A stretch of DNA of 64,000 nt from Spirochaetaceae bacterium (GCA_007695175.1 REEH01000143.1:69152-133151); one strand, 5' to 3'. Shown: positions 18,862-27,445, counted from the first letter of the stretch. Notes: generated by a model not told the origin, from the sequence alone. Made by a program: numbers and translations.

Positions 18862-19273
18862 CGCCTTTCCATTCTATCAGGGATCGGTAGATCAGGATCA
18901 GGGACCCCGAAACCTCGCTGTAGATAGCGAGGTTGAGGAGCCAATAGAAGACGTTTGAGAACATGGGGCTTCTCGTGGTGACCCCGTAGAGACCGGAGAA
19001 AAAGAAGTCCGTCAGGAAAAACCCGACGATGAGCGCGGTAAAGAGAAAGATAATGCCCAGGAACTCGATCTTCATATAGAAGGAGTTCTCAAAAATACGG
19101 CGACTGAAGACCATTTCCACCACGATTACCACCGTTCCGAAGACAACCCCCGCCTGGAAGCCGCCGCCGGGGAAGTTTGCTCCGTAGGAAGTCAGGTAGA
19201 ACCCGAACATCGCTATGAAAGGAAAGAGCATTCCCACGGTGTTTTTCAGTATGGCCGATTCACGAAGATCCAT
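18842..19273 (-). CDS. MnhB-domain membrane protein (MbhE-like, GGGFQGG motif), cluster 1
   Basis: 143 aa with FPGGGFQAGVVFG. In cluster 2 this region is fused with the MrpB-signature region in one gene. Confidence 0.65.
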   Translation of the reverse strand: MDLRESAILKNTVGMLFPFIAMFGFYLTSYGANFPGGGFQAGVVFGTVVIVVEMVFSRRIFENSFYMKIEFLGIIFLFTALIVGFFLTDFFFSGLYGVTTRSPMFSNVFYWLLNLAIYSEVSGSLILIYRSLIEWKGDEPYRD

Positions 19274-19629
19274 TACTTCCGTACCTCGTACTCCGCACCG
19301 ATGTAGATCGGGCAGGGAAAGGCCATCAGCGTACCCACCTCCGGTTGCGTCAGATCAATACCGTCCCGTCTGAGAGCGGCGTTCAGGGAGAATATGGTCT
19401 CCCGGTCAGGAACGACCGAGATTATCGTTTTGTTGAAAAGGATATCCTGCCCGAAGAGCGCGGTGACCTCGCTGAGAATTGGTGCGGTCTCGGTCGCCAC
19501 GTTTTCCACACCCTCACCGTCCAGGACGGAGGTGTCGAAAAGTCCCAGTTCCACCAGGGTCGATACAACGGGTTTCGCGTAGGCCTCGCTTTTCAGGATG
19601 ATGATCACCACATGCATGGAGTTGTCCAT
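19273..19629 (-). CDS. Hypothetical P-II-like (GlnB-fold) protein embedded in Mrp cluster 1
   Basis: MHVVIIILKSEAYAKPVVSTLVELGLFDTSVLDGEGV has the beta-alpha-beta spacing of P-II/SbtB-like proteins. Start uncertain (ATG 19629 or 19617). 1-nt overlap with the downstream MnhB start. Confidence 0.4.
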   Translation of the reverse strand: MDNSMHVVIIILKSEAYAKPVVSTLVELGLFDTSVLDGEGVENVATETAPILSEVTALFGQDILFNKTIISVVPDRETIFSLNAALRRDGIDLTQPEVGTLMAFPCPIYIGAEYEVRK

Positions 19630-19636
19630 CGTTGTA

Positions 19637-20095
19637 CTAATCCTCCCGGGGCTCTTCAAATGCACTGATCAGATCCCGCACCGCCTGGGGATCGCGCTTG
19701 AGGAAGACCTCCTCCGCATCGGGTCGCGAGAGGAATCGGGAAAGGCGGGCCATCAGGCTGAGGTACGTGCGGGACATCGAGTCCGGTACGATGATGCAGA
19801 GTACCGTATGGGCCGTTTCCCCCCGGCGATATCGTACGGACTTTGACAGGAGACCGACGCTGATACAGATTTCCGGGATCTCCGACGTGCGGGTATGTAC
19901 GAGAAAGAAACCGTTCCCCAGGTTCACCTCTTTCTTCCGGCTGAAAGCGGTGATATCGCTGTATATGCGCTCGTGAAAGCTTTCCGGTTCCTCCGGCAGG
20001 GCAGCGGCAATGAGTATACGCAGAATCTCCTCCCGACGGTCCGTCTCTACCGGTATTATTCTATCCGCCGGAATGTATTCCAAAAGGCTTTTCAT
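19637..20095 (-). CDS. PTS EIIA type-2 domain protein (Fru/Ntr class) embedded in Mrp cluster 1
   Basis: 152 aa. GNGFFLVHTRTSEI places a His at the position of the phosphorylatable His of EIIA-2 domains. AAGGAGA RBS. ATGA overlap with the upstream DUF4040 stop. Confidence 0.65.
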   Translation of the reverse strand: MKSLLEYIPADRIIPVETDRREEILRILIAAALPEEPESFHERIYSDITAFSRKKEVNLGNGFFLVHTRTSEIPEICISVGLLSKSVRYRRGETAHTVLCIIVPDSMSRTYLSLMARLSRFLSRPDAEEVFLKRDPQAVRDLISAFEEPRED

Positions 20096-20346
20096 TGATC
20101 ATTCTCCTTGCTGGTTTTCCGAATTGCTACCAGAAAAACGATTGTGGTGAGGCCCGTTCCCAGAGCCGCCTCGGTAATCGCCACGTCCGGTGCGTTGAGT
20201 ACAAAGTAGTTCAGAGCGAGAAACATGCTGAAAACGCTTAGCCCAAGCAGCGACATGATTATGCTGCGGGAGAAGACGACCACCACGGTGGCGGCAAGCA
20301 GAAAAACATGAAGCAGCTGGTCGAGCGTAAGGGGTAACTGGAGCAT
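20092..20346 (-). CDS. DUF4040-like small membrane protein (MnhB N-terminal domain, MbhD-like), cluster 1
   Basis: 84 aa from the internal ATG of ORF 20092..20694; 3 TM; the listed upstream part of that ORF overlaps mnhG in another frame. Confidence 0.55.
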   Translation of the reverse strand: MLQLPLTLDQLLHVFLLAATVVVVFSRSIIMSLLGLSVFSMFLALNYFVLNAPDVAITEAALGTGLTTIVFLVAIRKTSKENDQ

Positions 20347-20348
20347 CA

Positions 20349-20639
20349 CTACTGTCCCGCCCGATATTGACGGTACTTGATATAGGACAGGCCGAGAATA
20401 TGAGCGATCAGCGGTGAGGTTATTATGGTAATCGCCGCGAGTACGATGACCTTGATGATAAAACCGATACCATCCACCAGGAGAAGCAACCCCAGGAATA
20501 CCGTCAGGGACCCGGTGGCTCCACACTTGGTGCCGGCGTGAAAACGGGTAAGAGTATCGGGGAGAATGATCATTCCCAGGTTTCCCCAGAAGACGATGAA
20601 GAGACCAAGTGAAGCGAGAACGTACCCTATAATAGTCAT
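20349..20639 (-). CDS. mnhG: Mrp antiporter subunit G, cluster 1
   Basis: 96 aa; LTRFHAGTKCGATGSLTV matches the MrpG RxHAxTKxxTxG signature. Confidence 0.8.
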   Translation of the reverse strand: MTIIGYVLASLGLFIVFWGNLGMIILPDTLTRFHAGTKCGATGSLTVFLGLLLLVDGIGFIIKVIVLAAITIITSPLIAHILGLSYIKYRQYRAGQ

Positions 20640-20902
20640 AACGATACCATTTCCTCCGAGCGGTCCGGTCCGACGAGACGTACATAGGCGACAATCTCCG
20701 TGAAGGAGAGCAGCGCGTAAATCATCGCGACATCCATGTAGAAAACGTGATTGTAATGAACGGCGTAGAACGCCATCAGAAGCGTGACGTGGGCTGACAC
20801 CATATTAAGAGCAAGCAGTCTATCGTAGAGATTTGGGCCGATGATGAGGCGCACGATACTCATGGCGGTGAGGGCGTAGGTAACGTAAATAAGCACTATC
20901 AT
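20636..20902 (-). CDS. mnhF: Mrp antiporter subunit F, cluster 1
   Basis: 88 aa, 3 TM; N-terminus IGPNLYDRLLALN... is MrpF-like. Confidence 0.7.
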   Translation of the reverse strand: MIVLIYVTYALTAMSIVRLIIGPNLYDRLLALNMVSAHVTLLMAFYAVHYNHVFYMDVAMIYALLSFTEIVAYVRLVGPDRSEEMVSL

Positions 20903-21444
20903 CCGAAGATCCTTTCCAGAATATCCTCGATGAGGAAGGTGATCATGCGGGATGCTCTCTTGCTGTGCCGCGTTTCCACGTTGAACCAGTGCACGTATAT
21001 GGTGCTGCCTTCCATCCAGAGCGAAAGGGTTCCCGGCACGATTGATATGGTATTGCAGAGAACGGCGCGCCCGAAGGGGGAGCGCAGGCGCGTCCGTATC
21101 TTGACTATGCCCGGACGATAGTCTCCGGTAAGCATGCGTCGGACGATATCGATGATGGCGATGTAGCTGAGATAGAGGATGACCGCCACGTATATGATAA
21201 CCAGATCGAGACGGAGAAAGATCCGTGCCGTAGGACGCAGGTGCTGCTCGTAAAAGAGTCCAAAGGAGTACAATGCGGAGGCGAAGGAAAGCACCACCGC
21301 CACGGAGAGGGAGAGGGGATTAAGATCCTGCGCCATCAGGATCCAGAAGATGAAACACAGCAGGAAAACGGTGAGAATGCGCATAATGATGAGCCGCTTT
21401 TCCTTTTCCCGTTGCTGGGCTATCGGTGCGATGGTGTTTCTCAT
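20899..21444 (-). CDS. mnhE: Mrp antiporter subunit E, cluster 1
   Basis: 181 aa; N-terminal TM pair plus ISIVPGTLSL (MrpE TLTPGT-like). First gene of the cluster. Confidence 0.75.
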   Translation of the reverse strand: MRNTIAPIAQQREKEKRLIIMRILTVFLLCFIFWILMAQDLNPLSLSVAVVLSFASALYSFGLFYEQHLRPTARIFLRLDLVIIYVAVILYLSYIAIIDIVRRMLTGDYRPGIVKIRTRLRSPFGRAVLCNTISIVPGTLSLWMEGSTIYVHWFNVETRHSKRASRMITFLIEDILERIFG

Positions 21445-21526
21445 TACGTACTCACTCAGCTATATCTTTATACCATGTTCCCTGCCGCATTGACAGACCT
21501 CCCGGTCGTCGGGAGATACTTATACC

Positions 21527-21973
21527 ATGCTGTTTACGGAACTGGACGAATCGCTGGTGGCGATAAATCTTCCCGCCAGGACACGGGACGAGGTGATAGA
21601 TCAGCTTCTCGGTATGCTGGACAGGACCGGAAAAGTAAGGGACCTCGATCTTGCCCGGACGGACATTGAGCGCAGCGAGCAGTTGATGGCATTCGGTATG
21701 CAGCACGGGATCGCGATTCCCCACGCCAAGACGGAGGCGGTGGAAGAACTGCTGGCTTGTTTTGCCGTTACCGAAAACCCGGTGGATTTCTCCGGCATTG
21801 ACGGCACACCGAGCCGGATATTCATCATGACGCTCTCACCGCCCGACCAGATTGGTCCCCATATCCGCTTCCTCAGCGAGATCGGTCGCCTTCTGAAGAA
21901 CCGGAAGGTGCGCAAGGCGATACTTGGCGCCGAGACTCCGGAACAGCTGCTGCGGATAATCAAGGGCCGGTGA
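21527..21973 (+). CDS. ptsN: PTS EIIA(Ntr)-like protein (PtsN family)
   Basis: 148 aa; HGIAIPHAKT with the canonical phospho-His context of EIIA-2; sits between the two Mrp clusters. Confidence 0.8.
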   Translation: MLFTELDESLVAINLPARTRDEVIDQLLGMLDRTGKVRDLDLARTDIERSEQLMAFGMQHGIAIPHAKTEAVEELLACFAVTENPVDFSGIDGTPSRIFIMTLSPPDQIGPHIRFLSEIGRLLKNRKVRKAILGAETPEQLLRIIKGR

Positions 21974-21975
21974 CG

Positions 21976-23454
21976 CTACCGGGGCCAGAGCAGACCCGCC
22001 GTCACCGCGAGAACCAGCAGGAAGAGCAGTACCTGAGCCTGGGGACCAAGGTTGTGGAGAGTCCGGGCTCCTCGGCGGAGACGGGTGCCCGGAGCGTGTG
22101 CTTTCCCGGGAAAGGGCTTTGCGCGGGTGTCCGTCGCGTGGACGCCTCCCGCGCCTGTCCCCGCCCGTCCCACCGTCGTCGCCGGTCTGGTGAGACGTTT
22201 TTTCAGGACCATCCATAGTAGAGCCGAAGCGGCGAGCGGAAGCAGCGCCGAAAGGAGCGATGAGGGCGTGAAGAATGCGCGGCGGGGAACACCGGGAACC
22301 GCGTGGGGAAAGAGACCGATAAGAACCGTGATACCCGCCACAAGTACGAGGGGGACCATGGAGGGAGCGCGGGTTTTCGACGGATCGGAACTGGGAGGAT
22401 TGGCCCTGTTGAAAAACAGGAGGTGGGTGAACTTGATGAAGGATAGCCCGGTTCCGACCGATGCGGCGTACAGAAGGTATGTGACCAGCGGTTGAGCCTG
22501 GGATGCTTCCTTGAGAAGGTACTTGCTCGCGTAGCCGCTCGTAAAAGGCACGCCGGAAATCGCCGCGGCCCCTATGATACCGCACAGGAGAAGAAGTGGA
22601 CGTCGCGATCCGAGACCGCCCATCCTCGTCAGGTCCTCATGACCCCGGTGATGTACCGCCTGCGCAGCCACCAGCAGGAGCAGAGCCTTGTAGAGCGTGT
22701 GTGTTACCAGATGAAACATCCCGGCCGTAGCAGCCATTGCGGAAAACCCCGCGGCGAGACCGATGCCGGCAACCATGTATCCCACCTGGCTCACGATGTG
22801 GTAACTGAGCAACTTGCGTGCCTCATGCTGCAGCAGAGCGAGAATCACCGCCCCTACCGCTGTACCCGCGCCCAGCCAGGCGAGCACCGGAAATCCCGCC
22901 GGGGAGATCCATATCAGCTGCGCCGCCGTCAGGACGCCCACCTTGGTGGTGTAGACGGAAAGGAGCGGCGTGATTGAGAGCTCGACCGAGGGATATGCTT
23001 GGGTAAGCCAGAAGTGGACCGGCATCGTCGCCGTCTTTATGAGGATCGCCGCTACCATGAAGGGTTGCGCCGAGGGCACAAGAATCCCCGTCACCAGGGA
23101 CCCAGTCTCGCCAAAGTGCAGGAGGGCGGCGAAGAAGAAGAAGACTCCGCCCGTTACCTGGATGACCAGGTACCTCAGAGAGATCCGGCGACCCCGGGCT
23201 GTTCCCGTGCCGCGTATGAGGATGAATGCGGAAAAGGCGAGTACCTCCCACGCTACAAGCAGCGTCATGATATCCCGTGCGAGGATCGCGAGAACCCCGG
23301 CGGCGACGTGAACCGCCGCGGGAAAGGCGTACCGTCCCTCCTTCTGCCGGAGGATATTGAGGAATAGAATCACCCCGAGGAAGAGAAAGACAAGAAAAGC
23401 GGAGAAGTATATGCCCTCCGGTATGGCGAGTGCGAAGGGAAAGAGCGTGTTCAC
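21976..23454 (-). CDS. Second MnhD/NuoL-family proton-translocating subunit, cluster 2
   Basis: 492 aa from GTG 23454 (GTGA overlap with the upstream stop). ~14 TM. The 400-aa N-terminal extension in the ORF track overlaps the upstream mnhD in another frame and is rejected. Confidence 0.65.
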   Translation of the reverse strand: MNTLFPFALAIPEGIYFSAFLVFLFLGVILFLNILRQKEGRYAFPAAVHVAAGVLAILARDIMTLLVAWEVLAFSAFILIRGTGTARGRRISLRYLVIQVTGGVFFFFAALLHFGETGSLVTGILVPSAQPFMVAAILIKTATMPVHFWLTQAYPSVELSITPLLSVYTTKVGVLTAAQLIWISPAGFPVLAWLGAGTAVGAVILALLQHEARKLLSYHIVSQVGYMVAGIGLAAGFSAMAATAGMFHLVTHTLYKALLLLVAAQAVHHRGHEDLTRMGGLGSRRPLLLLCGIIGAAAISGVPFTSGYASKYLLKEASQAQPLVTYLLYAASVGTGLSFIKFTHLLFFNRANPPSSDPSKTRAPSMVPLVLVAGITVLIGLFPHAVPGVPRRAFFTPSSLLSALLPLAASALLWMVLKKRLTRPATTVGRAGTGAGGVHATDTRAKPFPGKAHAPGTRLRRGARTLHNLGPQAQVLLFLLVLAVTAGLLWPR

Positions 23455-24968
23455 CGGCCCCTCCCGATGAGAGCGGGCCCGACGAAATCCGCCTGGTCGA
23501 CAAGCCCCTCCGCCGCTCTCAGGAGGAGGGACCGCACCTGCACGTCCCGGGTACCCGCCATTACGGCAGCAACCGCAAGAGCAAGGACAACAGCTGTCTG
23601 CAGGCGGGGTCGCAACGAGAGCGGATGTGGCGCCGGGAAAGAATCCGGTGGATCGCGCCGTGTAGCGATGAGAAAGAAGCGTCCGTAGTAGACGAGGGAA
23701 ATGACCGTACCCGCCCCGATCACGAGGACCGGAAGAAGGGCCTGCTGCGCCATGGCTACAAACCACTTGGATGCGAAGCCGCCCGTTGGAGGTATGCCGA
23801 TGATGGCCAGGGCGGCGAGAGAGAAGGCAATGATGCTGCCCGGTGCACGCCAGGCAATTCCGCCGAGATCCATAATCCTGGAGGACCGGGAAAGGTGTAT
23901 GAGGCGGTGTCCCGACCAGAACAGGGCGCTCTTCATCAAGGTGTGCATGCCGGTATGAAAGAGAGCGGCCGCGACCGCGTACACGGCGGCGCTCCCCCCG
24001 ATCCGTCCCGCCGCGGCGACGCCGAGCAGAATATACCCGACGTGAGCGATACTGGAAAACGCGAGCATCCGCACGAGGTTCCTCTCGATCATCGCCATCG
24101 AGTGACCTGTCAGAATGTTGACCATCCCCATGACGAGGAGTATGGAGTACACCCCCGGCAGCACAACCGGGGCCTGCAGGGGAAACCAGAGGAGACGCAG
24201 CAGCGCGTAGACATGGATTTTCAGACCGAAGGCGGAAAGGATTGCCGCCACGGTGGTGCCCGCGGCGTGATACGTCCGGGGCTGCCAGAAGTGCATCGGC
24301 ACCAGGCCAATCTTGATACCAAAGGAAACGATTATGGCAGCGGTTGCCATTCCGTGCAGGTGTGCGGGCAGGTCCGGGGCCGCCTGCGCAACAAGGGGCA
24401 TGGCGACGGTACCGGTGGCGACGTACAGAACGAGGACGGCGAAGAGCAGCAAGGCACCGCTTATCGTGGCCGCCATCAGGGCCACAAATCCGGCTACGGC
24501 ACTGCCGGGATGGCGCTTGCGTGCGATCAGCCCGATCGAGCAGACCGTCGCGAGCTCCACGAAGATAAACAGGTTGAAAAGATCCGCCGTGACGGTTATC
24601 CCCGACAGGGCCGCAAAGAAAAGGGCGATCAGCGCCGCCGATTTCCTCGCCCACTCGGAGCGATCCCCGCTCTCGATCCGGACAAGCGCCGAAGCAAGAT
24701 GGCCGATAGCCAGGAGCAGCAGAAAGAACGCGGAGAAACTATCTACCATCAACGAGATTCCGACCGGAGCGATCCACTCACCAACGGAATAGAGAAGGGC
24801 CGGGCCGGTCATGCCCCGGTACGCCGCGGCCACCAGCGTGGTGCTGTGAGCGGTTGCCACCAGCAGTGCCGCAGTGGACTTGAACGCCGGTCTGACCGTA
24901 TCCACCAGGGAGATGAGAAAGGCCCCGGCAACAGGTATCACCACAACCAGAACGGGGAGATGATTCAC
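23451..24968 (-). CDS. mnhD: Mrp antiporter subunit D (NuoM/N-like), cluster 2
   Basis: 505 aa polytopic; complex-I antiporter-like subunit pattern incl. GLVPMHFW... and HAG. Confidence 0.8.
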   Translation of the reverse strand: MNHLPVLVVVIPVAGAFLISLVDTVRPAFKSTAALLVATAHSTTLVAAAYRGMTGPALLYSVGEWIAPVGISLMVDSFSAFFLLLLAIGHLASALVRIESGDRSEWARKSAALIALFFAALSGITVTADLFNLFIFVELATVCSIGLIARKRHPGSAVAGFVALMAATISGALLLFAVLVLYVATGTVAMPLVAQAAPDLPAHLHGMATAAIIVSFGIKIGLVPMHFWQPRTYHAAGTTVAAILSAFGLKIHVYALLRLLWFPLQAPVVLPGVYSILLVMGMVNILTGHSMAMIERNLVRMLAFSSIAHVGYILLGVAAAGRIGGSAAVYAVAAALFHTGMHTLMKSALFWSGHRLIHLSRSSRIMDLGGIAWRAPGSIIAFSLAALAIIGIPPTGGFASKWFVAMAQQALLPVLVIGAGTVISLVYYGRFFLIATRRDPPDSFPAPHPLSLRPRLQTAVVLALAVAAVMAGTRDVQVRSLLLRAAEGLVDQADFVGPALIGRGR

Positions 24969-25315
24969 GAATCCTCCCTGGTGGCAATGAACAACCGGGC
25001 GATATCAGTTGTCCCGTAGTGACGATAAACGGCGACTGTCAGGGCAAGGGCAATCGCCAGAATGCCGGCTCCGATCACGATCGCTGTAAGAGCCAGCGCA
25101 TGGGGGAGCGGATCCACGAATCGGAGCGCCTCAAAACCTGCGATAGGAGCCGCTCCGCCGGGAACATAAGCGGCCGCCACAAGGGCCATCACAAAGGAAG
25201 AATCCATGATGCTGATGGAGATACAGATTTTGATCATATCCCGCTGGGTGAGCATGCCGTACAGGCCGATGGCGAAGACACCCGCGGCGGTCAGGTACGC
25301 AGCGGTCTGCATCAT
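24965..25315 (-). CDS. mnhC: Mrp antiporter subunit C, cluster 2
   Basis: 116 aa, 3 TM, NuoK/MrpC-like. Confidence 0.8.
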   Translation of the reverse strand: MMQTAAYLTAAGVFAIGLYGMLTQRDMIKICISISIMDSSFVMALVAAAYVPGGAAPIAGFEALRFVDPLPHALALTAIVIGAGILAIALALTVAVYRHYGTTDIARLFIATREDS

Positions 25316-26067
25316 CGGCGCTTCTCCGGAACGTTCTCCGCTTCGTGTCCCGCCAGGTGCACATAGATCGAACTGAGACCGGCGGCGACCTTCATACCGA
25401 CGAGAAGATTGAGCAGGGGAATTACCCCGCCCGAAGCCAGCGTACCCGCCGTGCCCCGGGGAAAGCCCGCCGCAACGTTGGCAAGGTACGCGGAACCCTG
25501 GAAAATCCCCACGAACCCGATTCCTACCAGGCCGATAGCCGCTCCGTACTCGGACAGGGCAAGAATCCTGTGCGGAATCACCTCTTCTCCGAAACGGTCT
25601 CCAAAAGCGACGTGGATCAGTATCACCAGGACGGCGAGACTGACACCGCCCTGGAAACCTCCGCCCGGCGACAGGTGTCCGTGAAAGATCACGAAGAGCG
25701 GAAAGATGAAAAAGAGCGGCAACAGCGCGGAGAGCTGCCGCCGTGATAGGAGACCCATCGTGCGGTTGGAGGGGGAACCGGGTTTTCCGAGAATGGCCGC
25801 CGCTACCGCCACGGACGCGAAGATCACCGTCGCCTCACCGAGCGTGTCGAAGGCCCGGTAATCCATGAGAATCGCCGTGACAACGTTGATGCTGCCTGTT
25901 TCGGCCACGCTCCGGGCGGTGTAGGGTTCCTCCATCTGTGTCGGTATCGTTTGTGCTCGGTGACGGCCCGCGTCCAGGAGAAGCACGACGAAACCGAGGG
26001 AGAGGAGCAGGCACAGAAAACCCGCGGTGAGGCGCGTCAGAAACACCCGGATCACCGGGCTCTCCAT
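25312..26067 (-). CDS. mnhB: Mrp antiporter subunit B (fused MrpB-signature + GGGFQGG domains), cluster 2
   Basis: NVVTAILMDYRAFDTLGEATVIF and LSPGGGFQGGV in one 251-aa protein. Confidence 0.8.
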   Translation of the reverse strand: MESPVIRVFLTRLTAGFLCLLLSLGFVVLLLDAGRHRAQTIPTQMEEPYTARSVAETGSINVVTAILMDYRAFDTLGEATVIFASVAVAAAILGKPGSPSNRTMGLLSRRQLSALLPLFFIFPLFVIFHGHLSPGGGFQGGVSLAVLVILIHVAFGDRFGEEVIPHRILALSEYGAAIGLVGIGFVGIFQGSAYLANVAAGFPRGTAGTLASGGVIPLLNLLVGMKVAAGLSSIYVHLAGHEAENVPEKRR

Positions 26068-26309
26068 GTTCGCTTGCGCGTTTTGCTTATGGCGGTAACG
26101 AAGAGCGCCGTCATAAGACCGGCGCCGATTACCGCTTCCGCCATCGCTACGTCGACGGCCTGGAGAAAGGTGAACTTGACGGTAGTAAGAACGCTGAAGA
26201 CGGAAAGAATGATCACTGCGTTCAGATGACCCCGCACATGGATTGCCGCGAAAGCGCTGACCAGGATTGCGGCGAGTATGAGATAGAACGCGATATCAAG
26301 TGCCATCAT
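26052..26309 (-). CDS. DUF4040-like small membrane protein (MnhB N-terminal domain), cluster 2
   Basis: 85 aa, 3 TM; paralog of 20092..20346. Confidence 0.6.
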   Translation of the reverse strand: MMALDIAFYLILAAILVSAFAAIHVRGHLNAVIILSVFSVLTTVKFTFLQAVDVAMAEAVIGAGLMTALFVTAISKTRKRTWRAR

Positions 26310-26676
26310 CGTCCTGTGATCCCGTATCCTGCAGAGTGTCTACCGCTTCGCCGTACTCATCAACCACAAGGTGACGGCGCGCGCGCTCGATGCGATAGGA
26401 CGCCCGGGCGATGGCCTGTGTTGAAATCGGGTTGGTCACCATCAGGAAGACGGCCACGATGATCATGCGCAGTGCCGTGACGTAGTCAGGGGCACGCATG
26501 GCCGAGCCGAGCATGAGCAGACCCGCACCGATTGTAAGTCCCTTGGTGCCGGCATGGAGGCGTGTATAGGCGTCGGGAAAACGCATGATACCCAGAGTCA
26601 TTGCCACGGCAAAGAGCGTCCCCGTAACGAGAAAGAGCGTGCTGATACCGGAAAGGAGGGCCGGAAGCTGTATCAT
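26296..26676 (-). CDS. mnhG: Mrp antiporter subunit G, cluster 2
   Basis: YTRLHAGTKGLTIGAGL signature. Confidence 0.8.
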   Translation of the reverse strand: MIQLPALLSGISTLFLVTGTLFAVAMTLGIMRFPDAYTRLHAGTKGLTIGAGLLMLGSAMRAPDYVTALRMIIVAVFLMVTNPISTQAIARASYRIERARRHLVVDEYGEAVDTLQDTGSQDDDGT

Positions 26677-26933
26677 GAGTCTTCGGAGCCTCCCTGCTCC
26701 AGATACTTGCTGATGATCATCAGATCCGCGAAGAGCAGCAGGGAATAGACCATGGCGATATCAATAAAGATGGTACGCTCAAACACCAGGCTCAGAAGAA
26801 CGAGAATCACCGTCATGAGCACCCCGATTGCGTCCGCGGCGGCTATCCTGTCGAGGAGGGTGGGGCCACGTAATACACGCACGAGGCAGATAGCGCTGAA
26901 GGCGGTCAGAAGAGCAACAAGGGCGTTTATCAT
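26673..26933 (-). CDS. mnhF: Mrp antiporter subunit F, cluster 2
   Basis: 86 aa, 3 TM; LRGPTLLDRIAAADAIGV is MrpF-like. Confidence 0.7.
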   Translation of the reverse strand: MINALVALLTAFSAICLVRVLRGPTLLDRIAAADAIGVLMTVILVLLSLVFERTIFIDIAMVYSLLLFADLMIISKYLEQGGSEDS

Positions 26934-27445
26934 CCCGAGATTCTCCGGACCCAGGGACGCATGCCGCTGGTGATTTGTCCGTCTATGTCCCGGGCTTCAT
27001 AATCGGAAACGTCCATCCAGTGTATGTACAGGGTATCGGAAGCGGGATCGTAGTCCATTGTGAGCGTGCCGGGAGTGAGCGTTATCAGGTTTGCGAGTAT
27101 CGTCGTGGCCCCGATCGTCGGGAGTCCCCCCGTTGTCTTCACGATTCCCGGCCAGAAGGAAACGCCCGGGGTGAACGCGAAGCGCGCGATGGCGATGCCG
27201 GAAAGGAAAATCTTTCCGAGAAAGAGAGGCAGGAAGACCAGCGTGTATACGATCCGGCCGGGATGGAACCGTTTGCGACCCTGTGGCTCATGTCCCGGCA
27301 GCCACCTGCCCTGAATGCTCCGGCGGAAGAGGATCATAGCAACCAGGATCACCATCCCCCCGAGCAGCGCCGAGAGCGGGTCCGCTGACCCGGCAAAGAC
27401 GATCCATGCCCCGAAGAGAGCGATCGCGTACGTGGCGATTCCCAT
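26930..27445 (-). CDS. mnhE: Mrp antiporter subunit E, cluster 2
   Basis: 171 aa from the internal ATG 27445; NLITLTPGTLTMD matches the MrpE signature. The upstream part of ORF 26930..28009 overlaps acs and is rejected. Confidence 0.75.
   Translation of the reverse strand: MGIATYAIALFGAWIVFAGSADPLSALLGGMVILVAMILFRRSIQGRWLPGHEPQGRKRFHPGRIVYTLVFLPLFLGKIFLSGIAIARFAFTPGVSFWPGIVKTTGGLPTIGATTILANLITLTPGTLTMDYDPASDTLYIHWMDVSDYEARDIDGQITSGMRPWVRRISG

Noticed and set aside
21976-24654. Very long N-terminal extensions in the ORF track (892-aa ORF 21976..24654; 614-aa ORF 13055..14899; 359-aa ORF 26930..28009; 603-aa ORF starting 4724).
   Set aside because: Each extension overlaps the upstream gene in another frame and is low-complexity. 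Internal starts with RBS and/or stop-start overlap (GTGA/ATGA) give proteins of the expected family size.
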